64,000 nucleotides of DNA from Yuukianura sp. NJ FZ-2021 (Eukaryota), in contig CM102289.1 in assembly GCA_046563655.1 (NCBI GenBank), positions 7,936,001-8,000,000 of the forward strand, read 5' to 3'. Within the stretch, counting starts at the first letter, position 1, and every line of letters begins with the position of its first letter. The notes beneath the pieces were generated by a model. The model was not told the DNA's origin. It did not search any database and was given only the letters and a program-made list of their open reading frames with translations. The position numbers and the translations under genes were made by a program. Below, in pieces: positions 39,325 through 52,300 of the stretch.

Positions 39325-42300
39325 TCAAGCATCAATAAGATTGTCACATGACTGTGACTTGAGAGTGCGGTCCTTGGATTTCTTGGTGCGGCGACTCACA
39401 GTGACAACGACGCTGCCAACTTTTACTTTTTTGAATAACGTCAAAGCCTCAAGGTGTGTCAGACCATCCACCGGAGTTCCATTAATGGCCAAAACTTCAT
39501 CTCCTGTAAAAAGAAAAAAAGTAAATAAAACAACTATTTTACAATTTAACACCAGAAAAAGTCAAGTACATCAAAGAAAGTGAAGACAATGGAGTCACTT
39601 TCACCCGAAAGTGAAACTGAATCAGGAAAGCAATTTCGACCCTTGTCGCTACTTTTTAGACAAAAGTATCTCAATTATTTTGTTTTCTTTAAAAAAAGAA
39701 GTCTTCCATGTTAGGGCACCTTCAGAGAAAGTAGAAACTTTCTCTGTTACTTTTTACAAAGGAAAAGCTAGCTGACCAAAATATTGATCCAGAAAACCTT
39801 TGGTGAAAACCCTATGTCAAATAACTATTATTTATAGTTTCAGCGGGAAAACACCGGTTGGTAGTAATGTGGTCCAGCGCCCACGGAACAGCATAGAATT
39901 CCAAAAGAGAAAGTTTCAAAAACAGGCTGAAATGGGAACCGCAATGCCATTATTTTACTGATCTCTGACTTCCTGCAACTTCTTTGATTCCAAAACCCAA
40001 AGTAATCCAAAACTTTGTTTAAAAAAAACTTTTCAAAAAAAACTTTCAGCATAATGCTATATGCACCGTATATAGTATGCTGCACTATTTTCTGATCCTA
40101 CTTTTGTTCAAAGTTGAGTGACCTTTTCAAAAATTGTGGTCGTAAATGTAATAGCCACCGAATTTAGTTTTACCTGTTACGCTTCCAGACAGAAGTCTGG
40201 AGCCCAAATCTTGTCTGAATCCAAACTTCAGAAAACTAAGAAAAGTTTTATTGATTTAAGAGCATTTTAGGTTTGTATTGATTTTGGAGCCAGAAGCCTT
40301 AACCTGTCACTACCTCACAATCCTCCGAACAGTAATTACTAACCTAAGGTGACAGGTTAGCAGGTAACAAAAAAAAAGTTAGGCTAGGTTTGTGACCTGT
40401 CGTCGCCAAAGAACCTAAAAAAACTTGAAGTGGATTTCTCACCTTCGTGGAGCCGTCCATCATCCAGGGCTTGGCCATTAGGCAGAATACTTTTGACGAA
40501 GATGCCCATGTCCCCTTTGGGTGAATCCTTTCCTCCGACGACTGTAAATCCCAAGGGCTTCTTTCCTGGGCCCTTTTCATAAACTATCGTCATAGAAGTA
40601 ACTAGAGAGGACTTGGGTCTGCGCGGAAGTGTACAGAAAGAAGGTGAATCGTCTTTTTCAACTCTACTGACAGTAGCTTCTGTAGCTGGTGAGTCCAGGG
40701 CTAGGAAGGCCGTTGATGAACTAGATTCCATGAGCAGATGAGGTCTGTGATGAGAATGAGGTCGATGATGACCACTGTGGTCACCAAAGTGAGGTCGACT
40801 AGAACTGGATGAAGGGCGGTCAAGCAGGTCAGCTCGACTGAGTTCCTCGGTGGACATTTTGGCAAAAGCGATTTTCTTCCTTGGCCGAGCTTTGATTGTA
40901 CTGCTGAGGTCATCTTCGTAGCCTCCAGAACCAACAGGTCCATCATCGTTGTATGAAATCTTGATGATCGTTTTATTTGTAGCATCCTGAACGATTGAGG
41001 ATGATGAGGATGCTGAGGATGAAGATCTAATTGAGCCTGATCCGGTTGATCTTGGTCCAGAAGGAGGCCTGAGCACGACCAAATCCATGTCCCGCTTGAG
41101 CACTGATTTCAACTGCGAAGCAACTTCGACTGGAGACAATCCACGAACGAACTTTCCATTGATGCTGATGATTTCATCTCCAAGTTGAAGCTCTCCTTGA
41201 CTGCAAACCAAAAAAGTCAAAGTTAGATAAACTTAGGTTATGCCTAAAAATAACTAAGGTTAGGGTAAACAAATTCTCAAAATTTTGATTTCTCAGAATT
41301 TTGATTTGTTTGCAGAGTTATAAAGAGATAGAATAAGTAAATGGTTAGGTTAGGTGACGTCTCCAACGATAAGTGCATTTTGTACTTAGAAAGCCCAACC
41401 TTCTAGAAAAAGACTTTCTACTTTTGAAAATGGGCATGACAGTTCACGTGGAAAAGATTCAGTAGTTGACCCGTTAAGTTTCAAAAGTGAAGGTAAACTG
41501 GCAATATAGAGCACAAGGGATTGTAATAAATTGTAACAACTTTTCTTATGCTTTTTGAACAATGGGTTTTACAAATAATAAAATTTTATTAACTTTGAAA
41601 AACTGAATGTCGCAGGAGTAGAAAGCACAAGGCAACTGAGTGCTTCTGACGCAAATTTCTAAGAATTGAGACAATTCGTTCCAGAGAAAGTCGTTTTTGC
41701 TTTTCCCTGGAAAATGTCAAATGTCAATAAACATGAATTTGAAATTGGCATTGTCAGGAGTCATTTTCCTGGAAAAGGTAAATATTGAAATGGTCCTTGA
41801 TACAAATAAAAAGTTGTTCAAATAATTCAACTTTTAGAAAACAAGGCAATGCTAAAAAGAAAAAGTAAACAAGAGCTTGTGCATTAGTTTGTGCCCTTTA
41901 TGCCTTCAAGGAATAGAAACTTTTCGTTTTTGAAAAGATGGAAACTTTTAACTTTTAAAAAATTGGAAACTGCTTTTGTTAAATTCAAAGTTTGAGGGAA
42001 ACTATTGTGTGAAGAAGTGACTGGAAATGGGATTGTCGCCTTTTGCTATCGAGTAACTTTTCCATTTAGGTGACACAGAATTGCATTTAAAAAAAGTTAA
42101 GTTTGAAAATCGTATTATATCCTACCCCGATTATCTTCAAAACGGAACAAACTTTTTTTGAAAAAAACACGAACAAAAAGTTTCAGTTACTTTGGAACCT
42201 CTTAAGAGACTTTCAAAGCGTCAGCAAAAATGTTCTGCTTTCACTTTGAAACGAAAGTGAAAATTTTGAAAATTTGTTAACCTTCAACATTTTTGAACAG

Positions 42301-45300
42301 TTAAGCTTAACGTTTCCCCACAAAAAACTTCTATCTCGCATATGAAAATTTGTGGATTTTTCTTTTTCTTTTTCACCGCTAAAGAAGCGCATCTTTTTTT
42401 TAAGTACGGGTAATTGTAAACCAATTAATTTTTTCTGAAGAATTTAAAAATGAACCTGAAAATTGTTGGATTTTGAATGCTTTACATATGTTGGTTGAGA
42501 AAACTGTTCATGAAGGAATGTGGGTCGTGTATTTTTATTATATCGTTTGAGTGTTGCATTGCCTTGTTCTAGATTTGAAAACGGTGCTGGGATCTTTTTC
42601 AAATTTTTTTTTTCGAATCTTGGCTACTCGCATTCCTTCATGATTTCTTAAAGCTACACTTATTCCTCTAATCACATTGTTCATCAACCCTCAAAATTTT
42701 TTAAAAATTGTTTACAAATATTTCTGAGGACTAAAAAATTTCCAAAATTTTTGATTCCGAAAATCTCACCTTGCAATTGGCGATTCTGGATGAATAGTTT
42801 TGACAACATAGCCACACGCTGAAGCTTCATCTAAATTCTTATCCAGCGTTACTCCCAGCTCCAGCGTCGATGAAGTGCTAACCTCCAGCGCAGTTCCACC
42901 AAAAAAGCTCTTGGATTTTAAAAATGGGTGTTGAAATGGCGCCACTTTTCGAATTCGTACTAACTTATACTCTCCATGAGCATTTGAAGTTGGAGCTGCC
43001 GATAAAGTGTTACTAAAATTCTTGGATCTGACTGGTGTATTTGGACGTACGAGGGCCTTTGACCCACCGCGCCATGAGTTCCACCTTTCGGTGGGGCCGC
43101 TGCTGCCACCATGGTGGCTCGCTTCTGAATCTTGAAACAGGGAGCTGCTATCCAAAGTTTCGTTGACTATTCCACTGTCTCCGTCAGAATTATTACTAGC
43201 CGAACCTGATCCACTACCAAGTCGGTGGTCAAAGTCATCCAAGGTCACTCCAACGATGTCCACGGGGGTACTTGTACATAGGGGGCCCTCAGATTCGTAC
43301 AAAGGATTTGCTCTGAGGTCAAAGGTCGTCTCACCTTCTTCATCATCATCAAACATAACATTGTTAGGTTGAGACGGAATTTCACCAAAACTTAAGCTCC
43401 TCATCTTTCTCAAACTTGAATCCACCTCATCTTCGGAACAACCTTCATCTTGCTTTCTTTGTTGTTGTGAGGCCTCGTTTTTGTAAAATCTTGAAAAAAT
43501 TTTAAGCTTTGATTTCGGAGTTGGATGAGAGGCAGACGAGTTTTTGTTGTTATTGGAAAAGCATTTGTCTGAAACTTCTTTGAGCTTCAATTTGAGTTGT
43601 TCATAGGAAGATTCTTTGGAAGAAGACGATGCAGAGGAGCCTTTTGGAAGTGGAGGAAGACCAAACACTTTTCGTTCCCGTTCTGACTCAAGGGACAGGG
43701 TACTTGGTCTGGAAATCCTTTTCATGCAAGGACTACTTCCACTGATCATGGAATGATTCAAAGAATATTCTGAACCCGTCTCTGATCGAACAGACTCTCG
43801 TCGGTCTGACATGGAGTAATTGTTAGTGTTGACCTTCTTGTACCCCTTAGGAATTGGTTGAAATTCGTTAAGTCCGTTGCTACTCCAACCAATACCGGAA
43901 CTTCCATTTGATTGACGACCATATTTTTCATCCAAGCCAAGCAGGTCAAAGGGGTCAGACGGCATCGACAGCGTCCGTTCACTTCGAAACCGATTTCTTG
44001 AAATCTTTGAAGCTTCGTCAGCTTTAGTTGAACATGGTTGTGGTGGAGGTTGGACTTGAGGCAGAGGAGTTCTTCTTGGTGATTGGCCATAAGAAGAATA
44101 CGTATAAGCCCCGGAGTTTGTTAGGTTAAGGGACGGGGGTACTTCGGTGGATTCTGGCACAGGGTCGGTGGGTACTGGCGGGGGTGACCAGGGACGAATT
44201 CTGCCGGCATAGGACATGTGACCTTGAGGTTGACGATACTTGTGATTTGACGGAACAGTGAATTGGTGATTGTAGGCGGAAGAGGATGACGAGAGGTAGT
44301 CGTCACGGTTGTCATCAAGTCGACTACTCCGCTGCTGTGACTGTTCTTCTTCAATTGAATCTTGGCGCAGTTTTCTTCTCAACCATGGCGAAATGCCTTT
44401 TCAAAAAAAAAACAAGAAAAAACATTAATCACACAAATCGAGCTCAGCGAACAAAGAAAATAGATTTTTGGAGCACAAATTTGGGCAATGGAGCAATTTA
44501 ATTTTCCGAAAAAGTTTGGGACAAAAAAGTTTTTTTCTTCGAGATGGTCATGACCGTTTCAAAACCAAAGTTATAAACCCAAAATTTTGTGCAGCAAAAC
44601 ATATGGACTCGAAATTACAACAAAAACAGAGCCTTTTTTAACATTTTTGTAAAAACTTCCGAAAAAAAATTACGAGTTCTCACAAAATTGGATTTACTTC
44701 TGAATTTTGTTTTTGGAAGAATTGCAAAATTTTGAAAATTGTCAGCGCCATTGTTAAATTAACTTTCACTTTTTTTGCTAATTAAGTTAATGAATTATTA
44801 ATTACCAGTATTTTTCTGAATGAACATGAAAGCTGAATCATGAAATTAAAATTTTTTAATATTTCAAAAATTACTTTGCATTTTCCTTTCACTTGAGTTT
44901 CAAAATTGCATAAAAATGTGAAAGTAAAAACAATGAGTTACAACTAAAGTATAAACACAAAGAAAAATAAAATGACAATGGACAAATTATTTAAAATTAG
45001 GACCCAAGGAAAGACAAATTAACTTTTTTGGAATTTGACATATATGAGCATAAGGTGTGGACAACTCAAGGGAATTTCAAATTATGAAAAAATTACTCAT
45101 TTTTGAAAAATTGCTCTCGCAGACGCGCCTTTAATTTCACTTTCTACAAGAAATCTTCCGAGCCATTGTACTTGAGCCGAAACTTTGCAAAAATTTTGAG
45201 CGTCGCATCATTCACAAAATTTAACATCAAAAATTTTCGTGAATGATGATGAGCGATGAATCACAGTATTTTTGTGTCCTTTTCTACAGGAAATGGAATC

Positions 45301-48300
45301 AGCCAACCCAAAACAACTTGTTCATCGTTCTCACGAAATTGCTTTTCCTGTGCAAAAATTACTTTTGTCTTTTAAAAATCATCTTCAAGACAAATTTTCC
45401 ACTTTTTCAAGAAAAATTCTGGAGCATGACGTAATTTCAAAAATGGGTGACCATAATTGTCCATTTAAAATGAGTTCATTATTAAAAAAACAGACTAAAG
45501 TAAAAATTGAAAAGTGACAAAAATTGACACTGCAGGCTCCAAAGGTATGTTAGACAAATTTCCTTGAAAATAAAAAATAAAGTTGAGGGGTCAGAAAAGT
45601 TCAAAAAAGTGGAACTTGCAAATTTTTTGGAACAATTGAAATCGTGCCGCAAGGAGAAGCAGGCGAGGCCAAAAAAATATGTTAGACGGAGTAATGTCGG
45701 TCGTAAGTCAATTGAAATTCACTCGGTAGAAAACTAGTAGCTGGTTGCAGAATTGATTAAAAGGAAACTCAAATGCTGACGTGCTTGCTCGAAGGAACAA
45801 TTGTTCATTTTCTTCCGCCATTTTCCAAATAAATTATTCCAAAAACTACTCACCTCAGCTTTACAGCTTTACTTTTCAACCTCGTACAAAACATAACTTT
45901 CTGGGTTGAATCAAAATCACAAAATCCTTGGACTAAAAACTTTTGGTTGATTAAACTCAATTTGAGGAGTAAATCCGAAATTGGTAAACTCTAAACTGCT
46001 TCTGAATTAATATGACTTCCTCTCCGGTTGATTTTGTAATTTTACTTTAAGATGGGATACATGAATCATCCAAAAATCAATTATTCCTGAGCAGATTTTG
46101 TTCCAAGTAAAGCGTAAACTATTTTAACACTGTGTAGGAAATTGAGCATAAAAATTCCTTATCGAAAATAGCACGCCTCAAATTTTTCCACTAAAATTAT
46201 TCCGTTGGAATCATTCCAGGAAACATTTAAAGAAACCAAGAATTTTGAAGATGTCACTATTTTTTGTTCCACACTGAATTTATTATATTTCAAAATTTTG
46301 TAAATTGAGGCAGTCGCGGTTCATTTCATTTCGTTTAAAATACTTTTCAAGAAATAAGCATTTCATTTCTCAAATTTTTTTCAAACTGTCATAATCAAAA
46401 TTTTACGTCGTGAATTCTTGCTTCCCTTGAAGTTTTTAATACTTTTGCATTTAGAGCTTGACACTCCCTAATCCTCATAAATTGCAAATTTGAATTAGCA
46501 AAGTTGCTAATATTTGCGAAAAATGACAGCTTTTACTGTGACCTCACATTTTGGAAATTAAAGCTCAAGGTGACGTTTGAAAATTTAAATTCTTGAAACG
46601 ATGACTCAACTTCTTCCTTCATACTTATAAAAGTGAATTTAAAATTACAAAACTCAAAGAAACTCACCTAACCTATTTTCAAAATTTGAAATTTGAACCA
46701 AAATTTCATATCTGTAAGCTTCACATGGAATTCTAAGCATAAACTAATCCTGAAGGTACTTGAAAAATTAAAAATGGAAATTTCGATTTTGTTTTCCACT
46801 TAAATTCTCCTTGATTTCAGAATTCTAATTAGTATTCTGGAAGATGCGTCTTTCCTAATCTAAACTCTGCTGGTGACAATACGTGGAAGCTCGCTTTCGC
46901 TCTACCCCGGGGGACATGCATCGATCAACAACTTGGTTCAGGTTGAAGCTGCTTCAAAATGGAAGTTGTTCATTACATTTTTTTATATTCCAACTGCTCC
47001 ATGAAAAACAATCGTAGTGTTGAGAATAATAACTACTGACAAGATGAAGAAAAAACGAAACAAAAAGTCATTTGTGATAATGCTCTTCATCTTCATGGAA
47101 TGCCGATTTTTTGTGACTTCAAATCAAAAGTAAAAAACAAACCATTAATTTGAGTCCGCTCCAAGTACATTTCCTTTTTCAAATTTCAAAATTTCAGAAG
47201 TTATAACAATGTATGGATAATGCAAATAGTAGGAGTCACCTTGCTTGCTACCTGACAGGTGAGTGACACTTTGAATTAGTAAGGAAACAGGTAAATTTAC
47301 TTTTTGAAATTTTCAAAATTTTGTTCCGTTTCTGGCAGTGGGACAAGAGGGGCCCTTAACACCCTTCCTCATGCATTCTACTGGTTTCGGGAAGTTCAAA
47401 AACAGGTCTTAAGGGCTACTGGTTCCAAAATTTGAAAACTCCCCCTGTTAACTACATTTAATTGTCTTGTCTATTCCAAACTACTTCTAGTCTAAACTAC
47501 TTCCAGTGCAAAACAAAGCAATTTTGATTCTGTCAGGACTTCAGGATGGTTTAGGCGAAAAACATGCAAATATTTCGGAAAAGTGAATTTTAAAGTGATT
47601 TCAAGTAAACGCAAGGGCTCCTACGCTTGAATTTCAATTTGGATGCGAAAGTAGACGAAATGAACGGAATGGCAAGTCATGATTTTGTGGGGATTCTGAG
47701 AATGTGCTCTAAAAGCCTTTTGGTGTCACTTCCTAATTAAAACCTAATGTGTGTCGCTTAAATGTTTTTGAAATTGCCAAAATTTACACCCATCACGAAA
47801 GTTTGAGTGTGCAAATTCTTGATTCTCAAAAGAGCTTCAGTTTATGTTGGTTCAGAAACTATGGTTAACAAAACTCACAAGATCTATTTAAACCTCACTT
47901 TTGAATTTTATAGACTTTACAATTACACGCGATCCTCAAAAAATCGCACGACTGTGTGAAATGTTCACGCCAGATACTAATCGCATTTTTTGTATAACTT
48001 TTTCTGCTACGTTTTGCTAGTTTTTAAACTTTTTTACCTCGAGATTCATGATACAGTCAAGTTAATTTTCTTTTTAAATTTTGAGAAAAAAGTAACAAAA
48101 AGTGTAAATAGTTAATGAAATTCGATTTCAAAAAGTACAAATGAAAAAAAAATCACTCTATCCGCATCAAAATCTGATACAAGAAAATTGTATGTCAAAA
48201 TTTGAAATTGTAAATTCATACGTCAGCCAAAAGCTACAACTTCCACGTCTAACCTGTTTTTCCATTTTTTTCGAACTTGCTTCTTGTTTTTCATTTTACT

Positions 48301-48524
48301 TCAACTTAAATTATTCATATAAAAATCCTCAACACTGTTATTTGCTTACTTCTTCCTCGTGTCCTCCGTTTGGGCGTTGAAGGGGCCGAGACGCAGTTAC
48401 TTGGTCCAAAAAACCCGCCATCGGATCCATGCCCATCAAAGTCATCATCAAGTGTCAACGGAGACAGGCTGAGCAGTTGTGGTCCACTGCCCTCCTGCGT
48501 CCCACGACTCCCGAACCACTTCAT
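39325..48524 (-). CDS. Two-PDZ-domain scaffold protein B (paralogue of gene A), ~912 aa
   Basis: Exons 48524-48350, 44396-42770, 41200-40443 and 39503-39325; phases 1,2,1 in frame (2739 nt), at positions equivalent to gene A's first three introns. PDZ1 is ...LGVTL...[32 protein letters not shown]2 is [55 protein letters not shown]. The N-terminus MKWF...QLLSLSPL matches MRLF...CLVKLSPI of gene A. Confidence 0.88.
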
Positions 48525-49122
48525 CACTTCAATTGGCGGCGGGGGCAGCGGAACTACCCGGGTAACGCGGTGATGGTGGTGACCTCTGTGTGAGGTCAAA
48601 GTCGGATGGTTATGACTTCTATGCTGCACAAATCCACTTTTTCCGTAAGCGTGTCCGCAGCACCCAAGTCCAAAGGATGGTCGATTATGTCCACTTCCTC
48701 CTGCTTGGAGCAAATAATCAAGATTTGGCCATGATTAATTACAACTTCTATTGTTACTGCACTTGCTCAAGAAAAATACACACATTCGCACATTGCACGT
48801 CGTGTGTGAACTGGCCAACACGGATAGTGAGTTTGATACTTCGCAACAGGGAGTTTCTTGGCAACAATATAGACAACAATGGGGAATAGGGAGTTAGAAC
48901 AACAATGGACCCCTCGGTGTACTTCCAAGTACTGAGAGAAGGGGGATGCTTAGCTTATGTGTTTCTAGGTACCCTGCCTAAGCCTTAAACCTTAGCCAAG
49001 GGATGATCCTTAGAACAATCTGAAAAGAAACTGAAAACGTTCCCAGGGAAAAACGAAAAAAGAGAGACAGGTAAGAAAAACCTGAAAAAAAAACCAATTG
49101 TTCCACCTGTTGTCTATTCTTA

Positions 49123-49370
49123 GGCCATCCGAGAAAGATTTCCGGGCGTTTTTGGACGGCGGATTATGGACAGTTTTGTCCGCGGATTTAATTTTACTAA
49201 CCGAGATTTCACGGAAATCTAAATCTGAAGATTCCTTAAGTTAGGTCTAAGTTATGCTATTTACATTTGCATTTTTTTCCGTCCATGGACGTATGTTCAT
49301 GGACAGATTCGTCCTTGTGTGACCGTCCATAGTTGACAGGTCACGTGGTCTGTCCGCTAAGAAGATGGCC
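49123..49370. mobile_element. Possible degraded GGCC-ended (PIF/Harbinger-like) MITE upstream of PDZ gene B
   Basis: GGCCATC...GATGGCC termini with many internal GGAC/GTCC motifs; no clean TSD. Confidence 0.3.
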
Positions 49371-52300
49371 GTTTGCACTTCCATTAAGAAGTTCCAAAGA
49401 AACCGCTTCTGGCAGTTTGAAAATTGAGCAAATTCATCATTCCAGGCGCAAACAAAAGCCACGAAACCTTTGAAATTTTAATTTCAAAGGTAAAATTTTA
49501 ATTTGAAATTCAAAGTGTTTACCTTTTGCTTTTCGGCTTACCAATTTAGGTTAATTTATACACAAAAGTTTGCTAACTGCTTTAAAATTTTTAACTTTAC
49601 CAAGATAATTGTTTTGAAGGCAACAAAATTTACGACGCTCAAAGTCACTTTACATTTCTAGTTCTGCAACGCGACTGGAAAAGTTGAAGATCATTGTTCC
49701 ACGAAGCAGCCATTACGTAATGATGGAAGTACTACAAAAAATTGTTAAGCGAGTTTCTGTAAACTTTTTCTTCACGTTTTCCCATGATCTTCTAGTTAGG
49801 ACGTACCTATGTACTTAAGTGTGAATCTTTAGACGACCTCTGTCCCTTGTTACATAAGTTTTACCTTTTGGATTGATTTAATATTTTCACATGGAAGATT
49901 TCAATGCAGAGTCAATTTTTTTGTTGTTCGAATCCCATGCCATAACAAAAGCCTTCGACGTTGTCCTTTTAACAAGGAAAAATTTTACAATGAGGAAAAA
50001 AACAGCCTCAGTTTCCAATGCCAAAACGATGTCATCTTCCCACCAAATTAATTTCGAATCACTGGAACATAAATCACGAAAAATTCGAAATGGCATTGTA
50101 AGATTTTGTCGAATGACAAGAAATATGAAGCACAACAACGACATAGAAAGGTTGTGCATGTTTTTTTCAAGTGCTTATTTGAAATTATCGAAATTTAATA
50201 TGTAAATTTAGTAAATGATTTACGAACTTACGCTTTTTTGCAAAATGTTTGCAAAATATTACTCCAATGTTGAATGAAAAGTGATTATGAAAATAATAGG
50301 TCAGGAAATGTGGAGTTAGGACTACAAAATTGGCGTGTAGGAGTGGAATTTTTTTTACATAAAAGTTGAATAAAAAACATCAAAACATTTTGGTCAACAA
50401 ATGAGTAATTGCAATGAGCTAATATTGGTGGACAACAAACAAAAGAATGAGTTTCGGCTAAACAGCGGAAAACCACAACCATTTTACGGATTTTTCTCCA
50501 AGCGATTCAGTACAATTAGTGGTTTTTTAGAATTGGCAAAACTTGAAATTTGGTTATTACAGACGTGTCTTATGTCTCAATATTGTCCACTAAAAACAAT
50601 AGAAAACAATATTTAAAAAGTAAAATTAGATTGTGAATCAGTTGTAAGAAGGCGAGCTATCCAGCACAACTTTATACGCTAAACGGCTCAATGTTTTAAG
50701 AATTTGCATTAAAATGAACGGCCTAAAAATTGCTCAATCTACAAGTGTTTTTGTAAACCTAATATAAAAACTATCAGCAACTATATACTCTTTTGGCAGA
50801 AGAAAAATTTAAATCACTCCGCATTGCTTGTGAAATTTAGAATCTTCGATAATAAAAATGAACAGTATTATGATAAAAACAAAAGCTGAAGCATTTAAAC
50901 TCTCAAAGGGAATGCTTAGGTTTATCAACTTCAGAATGAGTTGAAATAAAATTTCGAATAAATTATGGTTTGATTATGTCGAAATTCTTTGAACTAGTCT
51001 CTCATCTTGTATTTGTGCTTAAATGGAGGTGTTGGACAGTCATTTAATGGATCTGACACCAAGGGCACGCTTAAGACCAAATGAGTCGTACATGGGAGGA
51101 GATGCTTCAAAAAACAAAAGATTTAGGATGAATCAAAATGTCTCAATTTTCTTCCTTTGTGCCCATCTAAGGAAACTGCTCTCCTCATTGATTTTAATAT
51201 CCTTTTTGCACGCAAAAGTGCGAAGATCAACTCAAGAGCGGTTTGGAACAAAGTAAATACTATGACCATTAAGTAAATGTAGGCGTTCAAAGGCACTGAG
51301 GGGGCCCTTTTCTTTGGATTTTGGATATCTCAAGTGTCAAGTGCACTTTGCAAAACCTAGAACACAATACACAAGGAAACTATCTGTTTTATGGTGAGTT
51401 AGAAAATGGAAAGACCTGATCCCTCCAGGATATTTGATTGGGGCTTGCCATTTTTGGTAAATCAGACAATTTGATGCTGCTGATACAAGAGATGTTCAAT
51501 TCAGAGGCTTGTCACTACCAATCATGTTTCCAACTATCCTAACCAAAATCCAAAAGCCTAAAGCTAGAAACTGAAAATGAACTAAATCACCCATGGCACA
51601 TCTGAATTTGATGACAAAAAAGGAATTTGGCAAATCATTAATTCCGGTTTGCAATTGATGATGAAATTGGCAAAAAAAAAATTCTTAAAATTCCTTTCGT
51701 ATCATTTGCCAAAAGCTATGCAGGCATTTAAATTAATGGAATCCAAAGTGCTTTTTAGTTAATTGTTAATTAATTACTTCCCCTGTTCTGGATGATGCAT
51801 GTTTGTTTCAACGAAAACAATTTCCCAAATTTTTTACTAATTTTTTCTTGAGAAGTTTTTCAAAAAGACAAGTTTGTGTGAAAACCGTAAAGTGGTAGCT
51901 AGAGAGGAGAACACGAAGTTTGGCAGTTCACGAATTCTTTTCATTTGCAAATTAAGTTAGGTACTTACTTTTTTTCAAAAAGTAAACCTGTGACTTCAAA
52001 AAATAATGAGGTTTTACAAAAACTACGTCCAAATCAGGATGAATGCCACTCAAAATTAAGGTTTTGGCCCAAGGAACCTTACATATGCACAATCAAGTTG
52101 GTTTCGCAATTTGCAAAAATCTAGAATAACAAAAAAACAACCAGTACTCTATGCTCTACAGTAAAGGAATTGTTCCCACAATTTCTGTCACTTTTTCTGC
52201 ACACATTCTTTCTATACACAAAAAAATTTGCAATCAGTTCCTCACGACTCTTCACTTTACTTTCTCTGCTCATCCTCACGATTTTGTGTCCATAATTGTT

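Noticed and set aside
45845..45894. Alternative first coding exon of PDZ gene B (ATG...AG|gtgagt)
   Set aside because: It ends in phase 2 while the next exon needs phase 1, giving an early stop.
48525..48713. N-terminal His-rich extension of PDZ gene B in the ORF track
   Set aside because: No in-frame ATG upstream; homology to gene A begins at the ATG at 48524.
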